This document shows positions 37,037 to 51,241 of a DNA stretch of 64,000 bases, one piece after another. The translations under genes were made by a program, and so were the position numbers. Positions within the stretch are counted from its first letter, which is position 1, and every line of letters starts with the position of its first letter. Origin of the DNA: Mobula hypostoma (taxonomy: Eukaryota); the NCBI RefSeq assembly GCF_963921235.1, contig NC_086108.1, forward strand, positions 62,808,001 to 62,872,000, read 5' to 3'. The notes below the pieces were generated by a model. The model searched no databases. It saw only the letters and a list, made by a program, of their open reading frames with translations, and was not told where the DNA came from.

Positions 37037-38263
37037 CAGGGGACCCCAACCTTTTTTGCACTGCGGACTGGTTCATTATTGACAATATTCTTGCGGACTG
37101 GCCGACCCGGGGGTTGGGGGGGGAGGGTGCAGGGGCGGGTTGGGTTGCCAACGGACAAGAGTAGCAGTCAAATACGTTGTGCTTACCTTGAAAAAGACTA
37201 CAATGACCATGAAGCTTTGCGCGAGCACCAGTGCGCATGCGTGACCTGCGCATCCATGTACCTGCCGATTTTTTTCCTGCAAATCGTTTTTGGCGATTCT
37301 GTTCGGGGTGGGGGGTGTTAATTACGACTGCAATATAGGTAATAACTGGCTAATACACTCAATTTCGTTTCTAAATGGGTTTTTCTAACGAATTTAATAT
37401 TAAACACACAGCGCATATTTTCCTCGCATGAATATAGTGTTAAGTCAATTATCAGGGGAGGACAGGGGAGCTTGAAGTAAGTGTTGAACGAACTCCCAGT
37501 AGAAGTGGCAGAAGCAGGTTTGATATTATCATTTAAAGAAAAATTGGATAGATATATGGATAGGAAAGGAATGGAAGGTTGTGAGCTGAGTGCAGGTCGA
37601 TGGGACTAGGTGAGAGTAGCGTTCGGCACGGACTAGAAGGGCAGAGATGGCCTGTTTCCATGCTGTAATTGTTATATGATTACATAAGTCATTTATAAGT
37701 CAATAGCATCATAACATTTTAAGTAACGTTTGGATATTAAACACACAGCACATATTTTCCCCGGATGAACATATAAAATCATTGCAACACACCAATATCG
37801 CTGTTTCAGTGGGGGCACTGGGCTTGTTTCCTTACAACAAGACGGTCCCATTGAGGGTGATGGGAGACAGCGATACTTGAAGGGGGTTCCTTATGTCCAG
37901 TCTATTCCGCAATTTAGTTTTCGTTGCATTCATTGCAGAGACATGTTGGAAATGGAAGCAACGTTTTCAGTGCTTTCGTGGCTATCTCAGTACATTTAGC
38001 CTTGACTTAGATCCGGAATGCCGGCAGCGATGTTATGTCAAACATACTTTTCAGCCCGCCGTCATTTGCAAGCTTTCAAGGAGTTGATCTCCTTCCCGCA
38101 CTGACATGGTTGGCGTGTGGGTAATGACCTCGCATGCATAATGGCTCAACAGTGGGCGTGACAGGGAATGAGGAAAGGTGCAGCTGACTCATATCGCCAA
38201 ATCATATCTTTTCCTCGCGGCCCGGTAGCACATGCTTTGCGGCCTGGTGGTTGGGGACCGCTG
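37037..38263 (-). mobile_element. Non-autonomous hAT (Charlie/Buster) deletion derivative with an internal CR1 3' fragment
   Basis: TIRs caggggaccccaacc and ggttggggaccgctg. 8-bp TSD gtcttata at 37029-37036 and 38264-38271. Homologous to both ends of 51242-53641. Confidence 0.92.
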
Positions 38264-40499
38264 GTCTTATAGACCTGTAAAACCGAAAGCTTCTTTAATT
38301 CCATTTTATAAAACTTTAAATCATGGAAAGAGCCAATTTGTCCTTATGCTGCCAATTTTAAAAAGGTATCTAAATTATCCCAATCTCTTGCTGTTTCCCA
38401 GAACCTTATTTTTAAGAGCTTCAAAGTGCCAAAGGCCCTTTGACCTACAGTATTAATTTTACTGTAACTATAGAAATTTTTTAGTATTTTCCCTATTGAA
38501 CATTTTTCTCTGGAAATGACAGTTTAGGTTTTATATAATGAAATCCCAGTAAAGAAGCACACCAGGCATTTGAGTTTTCTACCAAACTGTTATTTCTACT
38601 GACTAAGTAAGACCAGAGGGGTATGGATTCCTATGTTAACCATTATTAGTTTCTGGTGAATAAGGATTTGCTCCAAAATTTGTTCTGGTTCAGTGGGTTT
38701 CAAATTTGGTATTTAATAGAATCAAAAGGGTTAAAATTTCTGGTGCTGTGCTTCAGCTCCTGTGGAAATGCAGAAACAATATAGGCTGTTATCAGTCACC
38801 ATATTTAAAACATTTGTGGGAAGCAGTGTTATGTTAGCAGTCCGCTACAATGTCTTCAAATAAGTGCACTTAATTTGTAAGAAGTTCAATATCAGCTGTA
38901 TGACTAGCCTTAATCTCTTGGCTCCATTTAAAATGATGAAAGCATGCTATTCTACATCTTCACCTTCTAAGTTTGGGTTTTCTCAAAATTCACTTCTGTA
39001 GCTGAATGTTCATGTTAAAAGAAAGCTGTTGTTTCCTTTTTTGTTTTAACCAAAAAAGATTTGTATTTGCCTAACATTCAGAGTTAGAATTAAAATTGGG
39101 CCTGTAATTTCTTCTGTTGGTAATGTTAGTAAAAATACATTCAAGAGAAGGGGTAAAAAAAGACAGAAACCTGCTGTAGATTTTTTATGTGTTTGACTGC
39201 TGCTGTAAATCTGGTTTCCATCCTTAAATGTGTTCATAGAGATGAACAAAAACACTGTGACTGGATAAAGCCTATTGAGTCTTTATCCAGAGTTATGTAA
39301 AAAAAAAACATGCAGAATTAAGGTAGGATGTACAAGCAAGATGTGAGATCCAACCTGTTAGAAACGAAGTTAGTTTAATTAAAGAGAACATTTCTTGATA
39401 TCAACAGTGAAGTGTTTGTATAGTATGACAATTTTATATTGACTAGTCTATGTTTTGTTTTGCACTTGTCACGGAGGCAAGAAGCAAATATGCAAAACAA
39501 ATGAGAAAATGCATGATTCATGATTTTTTTGTGTATTTTGCTGAAAGATAATGCGTAAATATTGGTCCTTGTTTTCCAGCTCTAAATAGTCACTATAGTT
39601 TTGGCCACTTGTTGTATCCCCTCCTGATACTTGCTTCTGCTAACTTCAGTGGAGCTAAATATCACATGAAGAGTAAAATGGACTGCTATTAACCACATTT
39701 ATGCTGATGCCTAAATTCAAATTTCTAACGGTGGTCCTGTACTTATAAATTACCTTCATACCTTTTATCTCAGTGAACATGTTTACTTTTTCTTTGTGTG
39801 CAAAATCAAAGTGAAGAATTTTAAGCCATGTAAATGAATAGATTTGGAAGCTGATATGTGGTTAAATATTTACATAGAAGTTGGCTTTGAGTCAGTTACC
39901 TGAGACTGACTTGACAATTTCTGTATTTAAAACAAACACTCAAGACTGCTATAGGAAAATGTCCTCTGTGGAAATATGGAATCAATTTAAATATGTTAAT
40001 CTCTTATACTAAAACATTGACGTCAGTTTTGGAATCTGGCGCAAGTATTGTAGCTATGCAGGTATTTTCTTAAGGGTCTTTGTGAAAGGTTTTCTACCTA
40101 AGAATTGCTTCATTCTTTCTTTGGGAAAGCTTGGACCATTGCAGTTAATATCTATTGCTTTGAGGCTGCCTACTTGATGACAGTATTCAGCAGTTGCCAA
40201 AGCCTTGGTCATAATGGATGCTATGAGAGGAGATCTTTTACTTGGCCAATTTGGCATGAAATTGCTGAGGTTGCTATAGTCCTCTTCATTGGCAAGGCCA
40301 ACAAGAACGGAGGTGATTATGGTCTACTTTCTTCAACCATTGGGATCTTCTGGTAAAAGAACTTTGACAATGCTGTTGTGGAGGAAGTTCCAGTGACCAT
40401 GAAGACATGGCATTGAACAACTTGAAAGCACTGGTTGCACGAAAGGTTCTGAGACTAGGCAATAAGATGCTAGATGAAGGAAGGGTCGTAGAATTTGGC

Positions 40500-41600
40500 A
40501 AGATCATGCCTGGTCGGCTAGTTCGAAAGATTGAGACTCATAGGGTCGAGGTTGAGCTGGCTAATTGTATCTAAAATTGGCTTTACTGATAGGAGATACA
40601 GGATAAAGGTAGAAAAATGCTTTTCTGATTTGATGCATGTGACCAGTGTAGTACCACAGCTGTTGGTATGGGACCTTTGTTATTTGAAATACAGTGCATA
40701 ATCATGATTTTGATCTGAATGTAGGAGGTCTGATTAGTAAGTCTGTTGATGACATGAAGTTTAGTGAGTCAGTTTGTAAGTTAGTGGTTTTGTAGGTAAT
40801 GAGTAAGGTTGTCTCAGATTATATCAGGGTATAATTCAGATGGAGAGTTGGGCAGAGGTGAAGTGATGAATTTTGAAAAGTCAGATAACACTAGAACATC
40901 TACAGTAAGTGCAAGGATGCTAAGGGAATGTTATTAATAGAGAGATTCTGGGATTCAAGACCATAATACCTTGAAATTGGCAACATGGGTTAATAGAAAT
41001 GGGGCATACTTGTCTTCATAGATCAATACATTTAATATAAAACCTGGGATGTTACAACTTAACAAAAAAATGATTGGACTGCACTTGGAGCACTATGTGC
41101 ATTTCTTGTCACCTCCTAAGGGGAGGATATGAATGCACTGGAGATTGCAGAGAAGTTTCACCAGGATACTGCTTGGAGTGGAGAACTATAATCATGGGGA
41201 GGGGTTGTTTTCCTGGAGCAAAGGAGGCTGAGATGTGATCTGATAGAGCTATATCAAATCGCAAGAGACATAGATATAGTCAGTAGTCAGACTCTTCTTT
41301 TTTCTCATGGCAGGGTTACCAAAAACAAGAAGGAATCTGTCTAAGGTGAGAGTAAGGAGTATTACAGTGGTTTTTAAGGGAAGATTTTTACATGAAGTGG
41401 TTGGTATCTGGAACTCACAGCCAAAAGAGATGGTCAAATCAGAGATAGTCACAATATTTAAGAGCCATGTTGTAAAGCACTTGAGTAGGCAATTCATAAA
41501 ATGATATGGCCAAATATAAGTACAGCCTAGATGGACAAAAAAGTGCATTATGGATGTGGTGGGTTGAAGGACCATTCCTGTGATTTTCTGAATGCTATGA
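40500..41600 (+). mobile_element. Old CR1 RT to 3' end
   Basis: Diverged similarity to 7170-8320. Confidence 0.7.
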
Positions 41601-41884
41601 CTGATGTCCCAGTCATAAAAACTAGCCACACTTTTAGCCAGACTGTTCTTATACATTTGAAGCATTGGGTATCCATCAAAAAAGGAATATATCAAAATGT
41701 TGCAGTGCATTCTGTAGCTTTGGTGCAGCAGTTTAGTAGAATAGGGTGTCAATCAAGCAGGCTGTTTGTCTTGAATGCTTTGGGGCTTCTTGATTGTTAG
41801 CAGAACTGCACTCAACCTATAATCAAGCATTCCTTTGGATTCCTTGTGATTTTGACTTCCCAAATATTGACTGGGACTTCCATA

Positions 41885-43275
41885 ATGTAAAAGGACTAGA
41901 TGGGATAGAGTTTGTCAAATGTGTTTAGGAAAGTTTCCTTAATCAGTACATAGAACTTCCAAAGAAAGGGTGCGCAATACGATCTAGTGTTAGGGATTAA
42001 GGCAGGGCAGGTGACAGAAGTTTATGTAGGGGAGCACTTTGCATCTCGTGGTCACAGTGCTATTAGTTTCAAAGTACATATGGAAAAAGCTAGGTATGGT
42101 TTGCAGGTTGAGACTCTCAATTGGAGAAAGCCAATTTTAATGACATCAGAAATGATCTGGTAAGTATGGATCGGGGCAGGCTCTTTTCCAGCAAAGAAAC
42201 ACTTAGTGGGAGGCCTCCCAAAGTGAAATTTTGAGAGTACAACACTTGTATGCGCCTGTCAGAATAACAGGTAATAATAACAGGTTTAGGGAACCTTGGT
42301 TTTCAAGAAATATTGAAGCCCAGGTTAAGAAAAAAAAGGGTGCATAGCAAGTATAGGCAGATAGAAACAAATGAGGTGCTTGTAGAGTAGAAGAAATGCA
42401 AGAGAACACTTAAAGAAATCAAGAGGGCTAAAAGAAGGCATGAGGTTGCTCTACCAGACAAGGTGAAAGCAAATCCTAATACAGATATATTAGGAGCAAA
42501 AGGATTGTAATGGACAAAATCGTTCCTCTGGAAGATCAGAATGGTCGTCTATGTGAAGAGCCAAAAGATATGAGGTAGGTCTTAAATGCATTATTTGATT
42601 CTGTATTTACACAGGAGACAGACACAGAATCTGTAAAAGTCTGGCAAAGCAGCATCAACTCCATGGACCCTATACACTTTACAGATCAGGAGTTGTTCAC
42701 TGTCTTGAGGCGAATTGGGGTGGATAAATCCCTAGGGCATGTCCCCTCAGACCCTGCAGGAGGCAAGTGCAAAAATTTCCGGGGCCTTAGCAGAGATATT
42801 GAAATCATCCTTAGCATCAGGTGAGGTACCGGAGGATTGGAGGATAGCCAGTGTAATTCTGCTGTTTAAGAAAGGCTCTAAAGATCAATCAGGATATTAT
42901 AGACTGGTGCGACTGACTTCAGTAGTGGGAAAGTTATTGGAAGTTATTCTAAGGGACCGGATATATGAGTATTTGGATAGACATGGACTGATTAAGGATA
43001 GTCAGCATGGCTTTGTGATTGGTAGGTCATGTTTAACCAATCTTATAGAGTTTTTAAGGAAGTTACGAGGAAAGTTGATGAAGGCAAGGCAGTAGATGTT
43101 GTCTACATTGACTTTAGCAAGGCATTTGACAAGGTCCCGTATGGGAAATTGGTCAAGAAGGTTCAGTCACTTGGCATTCAAGGTGAGGGAGTAAATTGGT
43201 TTAAACATTGGATTTGTGGGAATGGTAGCAGATGGTTGCCTGTCTGACTGGAGGCCTGCGACTACTGGAGTGATC
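41885..43275 (+). mobile_element. CR1 ORF2 internal fragment
   Basis: GEVPEDWRIASVILLFKKG, YRLVRLTSVVGKLLE and DVVYIDFSKAFDKVP. Confidence 0.9.
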
Positions 43276-44290
43276 CTGGCAAAACCTAAAATGAACATCA
43301 GTGAGCAGGTTATTGGAATAAGGGCCAGTTTAAATGAATAAATGAATCTGATAGCATTGTTAAAGCCACCATCAATTACTTTGCTGATGCTTGTAAGTAG
43401 ATTGATGGTATGATATCAGCTGGAATGGATTTGCATTTCTTTTTGTGGACAAGAGACTTACCTGGGTGATATCCAAAATTATAAGACTGAAGCTAATGTT
43501 GTGACTGTACTTGAATGGTTTGACTAAAGCTAGTTCTAATGTGCAAGTGTTCAGACCTACAGCTGAACGTTTTATGTTTTCATTGCCTTTCCTGAATCCA
43601 GTGTTCTCAGCTATTTTCTGATATTTGTCTGGAATAAAGAATGCTTTTGTGTTGGTGAGGACCTTAGGAGGAAGTTGAGATTGATCATTTATTCTGCTCT
43701 TCAGGCTAAACATGGTTTCAAATAATTCAGTTTTGTCTTTGGCACTGACATGCTGGGCTCTGCCGTAGTCAAGGATTGGGATGTTTTGTCTTCTCTCATT
43801 AGAAGATTAATTGTCCACAGTACTTCATGCCGTGACTACAGTGATTTCATCTGATCTATTGGATGTGGAATTCCATTGTCTTGTCTGTTGTATAATGTAT
43901 TTGCTGTTTAACATACATATTTTACAGCATCTCTCTTTGGGACAAAAGTATAAGAATGCTTGCTGCTATCATCCTATCCTTTTTCATTCTTCATTGAACA
44001 AAGATTGATCCCCTGGTTTGATCGCAAATGTTGAATCAGACTTATGTCAGACTATGAGGTTACAGATTGTGGTGGCATACATTCTTTGTGTTACTGATAA
44101 TCCTTGACACCTCATGATTTACCACTTTTAAGCTGCCTGGGTAGTGCTACACAATATCTTGGAGGATGTCTTTGGTGTGAAGGCTGGACTTTGCCTCCAC
44201 AGAAAATGTATGATTTTCACTTTGATTAATGCTGCCACTGATAAATGCATGCTTAGCTGGTAGATTGGAAAGGATGAGGTCAATTAGCTT
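43276..44290 (-). mobile_element. Highly diverged CR1/L2-group LINE remnant (probably continuous with ~41690-41880)
   Basis: Recognised only at the DNA level from memory of elasmobranch repeats; no clean ORF. Confidence 0.4.
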
Positions 44291-45132
44291 TGAGAACCTT
44301 GCTTACACAGTGCAAAATATGTGAAAATGTTAATGGACGCATTAGTAATTTGAAAGAGCATAATTATCGATATTGCATGCAGTTTTACATTACATCATGT
44401 AATTTGTTTTCCTTCTTACTTTAAGATATGGTAATTTGCAGTATTCACACCTTTGGTGAAATGTAAATCATGTTAACATCCTTCGTTTCACCCACCACAG
44501 TATCCTTAAATAGACACAGTAATTTTGTAAATGCAGTTGCATGTAATTAATTTCAAATTTTTCAGTACTTGAGAGTAATGAGGTAACTCATAAAAGTTGG
44601 CACCATTTTAGACACAATTTTCTTTTTACTTGCAGTATCTGATAAAGGTTACGGACATCCTAATATATAGCGCAGAGCGGATATATTATAACTTTGCGTC
44701 TTATTGAAATCTGCACTAAATCAAATTTCATCCCTTATTCTTTTTCCGCCCACTGTTTCCATTTCATTAGTTGTCAATGCAAACTGCCAGAAAATGGTGA
44801 CAGATTATAGGCAAAAATACCATTTTTTAATCAATTCATAAATGAGTTTTAAATAGCATTTTCCAAACGTTATTTTTCTCAGATGAGAATCCATGTGCAA
44901 AGCCCTTTTGGTTTTTCTTGGATTCAGAATGAGTTATCGAACCTAAAATTTATGCTTCAGGGTGAAGTACTTTTTCTCTGTCCATAAAGAATAATATGTA
45001 ACATTATATACAAACTTACTGATAATATCAGAGTCGATCATTGTTGGATGGACTGTGCTGCATCTATAGTCAAACTTCAATAATCATTTTTCTGATTGCT
45101 TGGCATTCAGCTCACCAAGTGCTATTGCGCAT

Positions 45133-45325
45133 CCTTTAATTAACAAACTGGGGCCCAGGGTTTCCATGATCCCTTCAGCACACTAGCATTAAAGGTTCTC
45201 ACATTCCCTTCAACATACTAGATCCAGGGATCCCAACAGTAACTTCAACACCCTGTGGTGTGGTCCAAGGCTCCCACACCCCCTTCAATATATTGAGAAC
45301 CCAGTTACCAGCTTCCCTTTAAATT
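45133..45325. repeat. Degenerate ~35-bp minisatellite
   Basis: cccttca-like anchor at 45171, 45206, 45241, 45281 and 45315. Confidence 0.6.
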
Positions 45326-45464
45326 TTCCTAGCCCCTTATCCTGAGCTGTCTTGAATTTCACCTGGTGCAGTTTCTTGCATTGCATTTAACCTTACTGGG
45401 TTTTTCCGAAACTTTGTTAACTATGTCTTGTCTAAAAGCAGTGCATTAGAAGTGTGTTAGAGTA

Positions 45465-46090
45465 TCAATTGAAAATGAAAGGACTAAAATATAAAAGCAA
45501 GGATGCAAAGCTCAGAGATTGGTCAGACCATATTTGGGGTATTGTGAGCAGCTTTTGGCCCCATAATGTAAGAAAGGGTGTCCTGGTATTGGAGAGGATC
45601 CAGAGGAGGTTTACAAGAACGATCCCAGGAATGAAAGGGTTAATGCATGATGAACGATAGCTTTAGGCCTGTACTTACTAGAGTTTGGAAGAATAAAGGG
45701 GGGGGGGGAATATCATTGAAACCTAACGAATATTGAATAAGGCCTAGGTAGAGTAGACTTGGAGAGGATGTTTCCAATAGTAGGAAAATTTAGGATCAGA
45801 GAGCACACACTCAGAATAGAAGGACATGACATCAGTTTAAAACAGAAATGAGGAGGAATTTCTTCAGCCAGAGGGTAGTGAATCTGTGGAATTTATTGCC
45901 ATGAATGGTTGTGAAGACATAATCGGATGGGGTGAAGGGGGTTGATAGGTTCCTGATTAATAGAAGCTTTACAGGTTACAGGGAGAAGGCTGGGGAATGG
46001 GGTTCAGAGGTAAATTAAAACAGCCATGATCTCGTGGAATGGATTTGATGGGCTGAATAGACTACTTTTGCTCATATGCCTTGCAGTCTT
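45465..46090 (+). mobile_element. CR1 3' fragment
   Basis: LERIQRRFTRTIPGMKGL followed by a CR1 3'UTR. Confidence 0.85.
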
Positions 46091-47700
46091 ACTATTATTG
46101 TGTTTCTTGTTGACCATTCTGTGCATTGTCATGTTGTTTCATTTATTCAAATCATGCAGAATGAAAAGGTGAAATACCAGCTTATTCATACTACAGTGAA
46201 TAAATACCAATGAGTTAATTTTTTAATTATACCTTAATTTATTTTCTGATATGCTAAATCATCATCTAGGCAGAGAAATAAACTTGAAGGCTTTATGAAA
46301 GTTTAGCAGTTCTTCTTCCACAGATGTGAAGATAAATGTGCAAAGACTCTTCATTATAGTCTTCTACTCAAGTGAAAGCTTTTTAATTTAAAATACATTC
46401 ACAGTGGTCACAATGACATGAAGGCACCCTACTTCATTCTTTTTTCCTCTTATCTCTACAATTCAAGGGAGATTGTTTTACATTACATTCTCTCTCACTT
46501 CTTGTTACAACTCTTCCTTTCTAAATTGAAGCTTCATTCTAGCTACTCATGCAGGTACTATTTAGTCTCCTTATTTCATGTTGATTTCCTTCTTCTTTCC
46601 CGATTTTATATTGGTACACTTTTTCTTCCATTTTGTTTCATGTTTGTGTTCTTCTCCCTTTTACAATGAATTTAATCCATCTAGCCTTTTCCCCTCGTAC
46701 AAACTCCCACACTTTTCAGAAAGAGGTTTCTCAATTTAATGATACATACCCACCTATTCTTTTCAGTTAGCACTGGTATTCTTCACTTTCCTCGGCCTCT
46801 TTCCATTTAACACTGGCACTTGTTTCCTGGTTGACGTGTATTCCTAATCTTTCAGTGTCTTCTCATCACCTTCATTCACATCATTCAGCATCTTGGAACA
46901 GCAGTAGATGGAAAACTTGCGGTGTGCTAGTTGCAAAGGAGCCAGAAGTGACACTGAACACCAAAGCTAGAACCAATAGTAGTCGGGACAGGCAAATACT
47001 ACAATTTTTTATCCACCAGTGTAGATAATCGGAAACAGCACTAAAAATGATACCTATTGTTACGAATTGGAGGTTCTAATCTTACATGAAACAAGAAACA
47101 TATTTGATTTTCCTCTTACCAAGCCTAAAAGCTGTGATAGTTAGGAAAATCTGTATTAAATAAAGGTGGATAATTATAACACAGTTGAAGAATTTTATAA
47201 GTAGGTGCCGGTGGTGTGCCTGGATCAAAATGAATTGAGCTACTACAATAATTTAGTATCTGGCTTGGCAGTTTCTTTCTGGTTTGCTGTTACCACTAAG
47301 ATCACAAGAAAGGGATTCAAAGCCAAAGCTCAAGTGAGAATTAAAGTGAAAGGTGCCTGGGGGATTTCAGGCTAGACCAGGAACAAAATATTTTAAGTAA
47401 TTAAAAGGCATAAAAAATACGCCAATGCTGGAAAACAGAAATGAAAACAGAGAACGTTGGAAGTACTAGTAGGAGGTAGAGCATCTGTGAGAGTAAAAGC
47501 TCTGTTAATCTTTGCTCATTCAACAGCATTGCTGCCTTAAACCACTATTCATTTATCATCTCTGTCTTCACTGACCTACATTATTTCAGTTTACAGTATG
47601 TTTCTTTCATGGTGTTTTCCATTCCAAACTTCATAGAGCTCTGCAGTGCTATAACCTTCATCTTTGGTTCCACTGATGTACTTTCAGTTCCCTACTGCCT

Positions 47701-47850
47701 AGCAATACACGCAAAATGTTGGAGGAACTCAGCAGGCCATGCAGCATCTATGGAAAAAAAAATAGAGTCGACTTTTCAGGCCGAGGTCCTTTGGTAGAAC
47801 TGTGTGTGTTGCTTTGATTTCCAGCATCTGCAGATTTTCTCTTGTTTGTG
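47701..47850. mobile_element. Short inverted PLE pLTR remnant
   Basis: 47701-47800 matches 4260-4358 with a decayed hammerhead. 47801-47850 is the opposite orientation, including the terminal extension. Confidence 0.8.
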
Positions 47851-48669
47851 TCAAATCAAGCGGTAGCTCCAGTTGCTTTAGCCCAAAAACCCAAAAGTCT
47901 GGAATTCCCAGGTTAAACTTTTCTGCATCAAGAACTCCCTCATTTTTTTTTTGAACTTTCCTTAAAACTCCTTTGGCAAGTTTCAATCAACCTTCCAAAT
48001 ATTTCACTCTTTGACCTGGCACCCATTTGTTTAGAGTATGGCTCTGTGAAATAATTTGGGCTTTGTAATGCGAATGACATGGTAGGGGTTTCATTCCTTG
48101 AAAAGAGTCTGTATCACTATTTCCCATTATGAAAAACTGTGGCATCAACAATGCAGATTTTTTATTTACTTTTTTTCAACATAAGATTTACATGAGCACA
48201 TTTTTATTCCAAATCCCAAAATTTTTGATAGCAATTTGTAAATACTGTAAGGGCAAATTTCCATTATATTAATGACACTACATGACAGTTGCCTGTAAAT
48301 GCAGTGGTCTGTTTAAATGTACACTATTGATGAAGCACAACAATTAAATTTGAGACTACCTTCAATCTTTTTATGTCTAATCTATGAATGTAAGAAATTA
48401 ATTTGTTGGCTAAAATTTTACTAATGGCACAATCAGCATGGCTTGAAAGTTCTTGCCAGATATAATGCACATTACAATTTCTCAAATGGACTCAATATAT
48501 GGATTTATGTAAATTATACTGATTACAGTGCAAGTTTTCACAAATGCAAAATATTAAATACACATATGTATTGACAATTTAGTGACATGATATATTGATT
48601 CAGAGAAACATAAACCGAATTTCCCAATAAGTTGCATAATTAGCAAAGGATCAGAAGTCAAATTCTGAT

Positions 48670-49110
48670 AGGATATATAGATAAATGGCAGGAATCTTAG
48701 AAGTGTTAATATACAGAGGGAGCTGGGAATGCAAGTTTATTGTTCATTGAAAGTGGTTACACAAGAAGGGCAGTGAAGAATGTATTTTGTATGTCCATCG
48801 GCTGAATTATTGAGAATAAGGGATGGCATAGTTTCAAGTTACAACAGTAACGAAAAGTTGTAGATACAGCCCAGTCCATCGCGGGTAAAGCTGAGCACAT
48901 TTACACAGAACACTGTCGCAAGAAAGCAGCATCCATCAGCAGGAGCCCCCAACCAGGCCAAACTTTCTGCTCGCTGCTGCCATCAGGAAGAAGGTATGGA
49001 GCTCACACCACCAGGTTCAGGAACAGTCTTGGCCTGAAACATCGACTGTTTATTCATTTCCATAGATACTGCCTGACCTGCTGAGATCCTCCAGCATTTT
49101 GTGTGTTGCT
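48670..49110 (+). mobile_element. Stacked fragments: CR1 (~48670-48845), Rex1 (~48850-49025), PLE pLTR (~49026-49110)
   Basis: Each piece matches longer copies elsewhere in the window; gtcttggcctgaaacatcgactg is the 3' half of the hammerhead. Confidence 0.7.
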
Positions 49111-50650
49111 TTATTCATATAAATTTTGTTTCAGATGTTTATTTTTTGTCTTCTGCATGAGTGGTTCAGTAGAAAAGAGCAAAAGTTAGATTTCCAAACA
49201 TTCATTTTCCAAAAAAAATGTTACAGTGAGAGTTTTGTATTTTGTTAAAGACGCATATTAAGCAATAGACCACTTTTTGCATAGAAACTTGATCATTTTG
49301 TAAGTATATAATCCAGTGCATGATTAAACAAAGTTAACAATTAGGATGCTAATGATCAATGACATAATGAACTAAACTGATGAACTGAAACAAAAACAGT
49401 TGTAGAATGAATCAAACTGGGCGACAGACAACCAAACTAAAAGGTGAGGGTGTGGCAGATGCGACTGTTTAACCTTCAAAAGATCAATTCTTACACCATG
49501 GCAAAAGTGAACGAAGTACAAAGACACAGGTGGTCATTCTGTGTGGACAAGGCCTCTCTCAAGCAGCAATTTTGTGGCAGACTGGAGTTTCAAGATGCGT
49601 TGTTCAAGCTCTTCCGAAGAAGAACAAAGAAACAGGCAAGTTGAGGACCAGAAATGCAGTGGTCAGCCATGGAAACTGAGTGCAGCAGATGAGAGATACA
49701 TCAAACTGTTGTCCATTCTAAATCAGAAGCCCAGCACAGATATCATCTCTGAACTCACAGAAACCATTAGGAATCCAAGTAGACCCATCTATAGTCTAGA
49801 GAAGTCTTGTCAAAAGAGGACTTCATGGAAAAGCTGCTGCCAAAATGCTATTCCTCTGAAGTTGAAACAATGCCAAGAGATTCACCAATGCACAAAAACA
49901 CACTGACTGGAGAGCTGAACAATGGCAGCAAGTGCTCTGGAATGACTCGTCAAAATTTGAAATTTTTGGCTCAAACAATCAGCAGTGTGTTCGTAGAAGA
50001 GCTGGAGGGTGCTACATGGATGAGTGTTTGCAGCCAACGGTGAAGCACAGTGGAGGTTCCCTGCAGATTTGGTGCTGCATTTCTACAAATAGAGTTGGTG
50101 ATCAAGTCAGAATTAATGGAATTTTCAATGCTAAGAAGTACAAGCAGATTCTCATCCATCATTAGGTGCAATGAGGAAGGCATCTGATCAATCCTAACTT
50201 CATTCTGCAGCAGAACAATGACTTCAAATACACGACCAAGGTCATAAAGAGCTACTGTATCTTCAGCAAAACAAAAAAACAAGGAGTTTTGCAACAGATG
50301 GTGTGGCCGCCACAGAGCCCTGATCTTAACATAATTGAAGCTGTCTGGGATTACCTGGAAAGACAGAAGCAAATGAGACCACCAAAGTTCACAGAACAAC
50401 TGTGGCAAGTTCTTTAAGTTGTTTGGAACAGCCTACCAGCCGATTTTCTTAAAAAAACTGCATAGCAGTGTGCCTAAGAAAATTGAGGCAATTTTAAAGG
50501 CAAAGGTGGTCAAACCAAATATTGATTTGATTTAGTATTTTTACCATTTACTGCTCTTTATAGTAAATGTTTTGATATATAGAAACTTTTCATTTCGTTA
50601 TTTTTGAAAACATCTTCAATTGTGTGCCTAGGACTTTTGCACTATACAGT
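49111..50650 (+). mobile_element. Tc1 DNA transposon with a degraded transposase (~49498-50522); left TIR not seen
   Basis: VLWNDSSKFEIFGS, PTVKHSGGSLQIW, LQQNND and WPPQSPDLNIIEAVW (DD34E-type motifs). Right end cctaggacttttgcac. Confidence 0.9.
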
Positions 50651-51241
50651 ACACAGTCCTCTAATCTCAGGACAGGCTGTCTTTGGCCTCCAGAGGACAT
50701 GTGGATTTACAGACTTAGGGCTCTGGCCATTGGGCCTCAACTTATGATCCTCCGACTGGCCTTCAGACTTCGATCTGGACCTCTGATCAACCTTTGGGAT
50801 TTGATCTGAGTCACCCATCGACCTTTGGGCTTTGATGATAGGAAATGTTTAGAGGGATTTGAGTCAAATATAGGCAAATGGAAAAAGTTGAGGAAGATCC
50901 TTTGTCAGCATTAACAAGTTGGACTTGTTTTTGTTTATGGGTCAAATTTTAATGCTTTATAGTAATGACTTTATGATACTTCCAAGTGAAGAAAATAATG
51001 TATTACTATTATCACCAATCACCAAAACTTTTGGAATATAATTCCCCTCAATGATAAGGGAATTTACTTATAAGTTTTTAGTAGTAATAAACATATTTAG
51101 GTGTGCATGGTGATAGCATTGTTTTCCTTCAGTTTTTAAATTGATATTGTCTCTTTCCTGAACAGAAAATTTTGTAGCCAATTCAAAAGGCAATCCAAGT
51201 GGATTAAAGGGTGACCCAAGGTTTTGCCTGGTAGTTTAGAG

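Noticed and set aside
40105..40356. ORF faintly resembling a LINE RT N-terminal motif
   Set aside because: Similarity too weak to call without a profile search.
45133..45325. CRISPR-like repeat-spacer array
   Set aside because: The anchor is short and degenerate, the spacers resemble each other, there are no cas genes, and the context is vertebrate.
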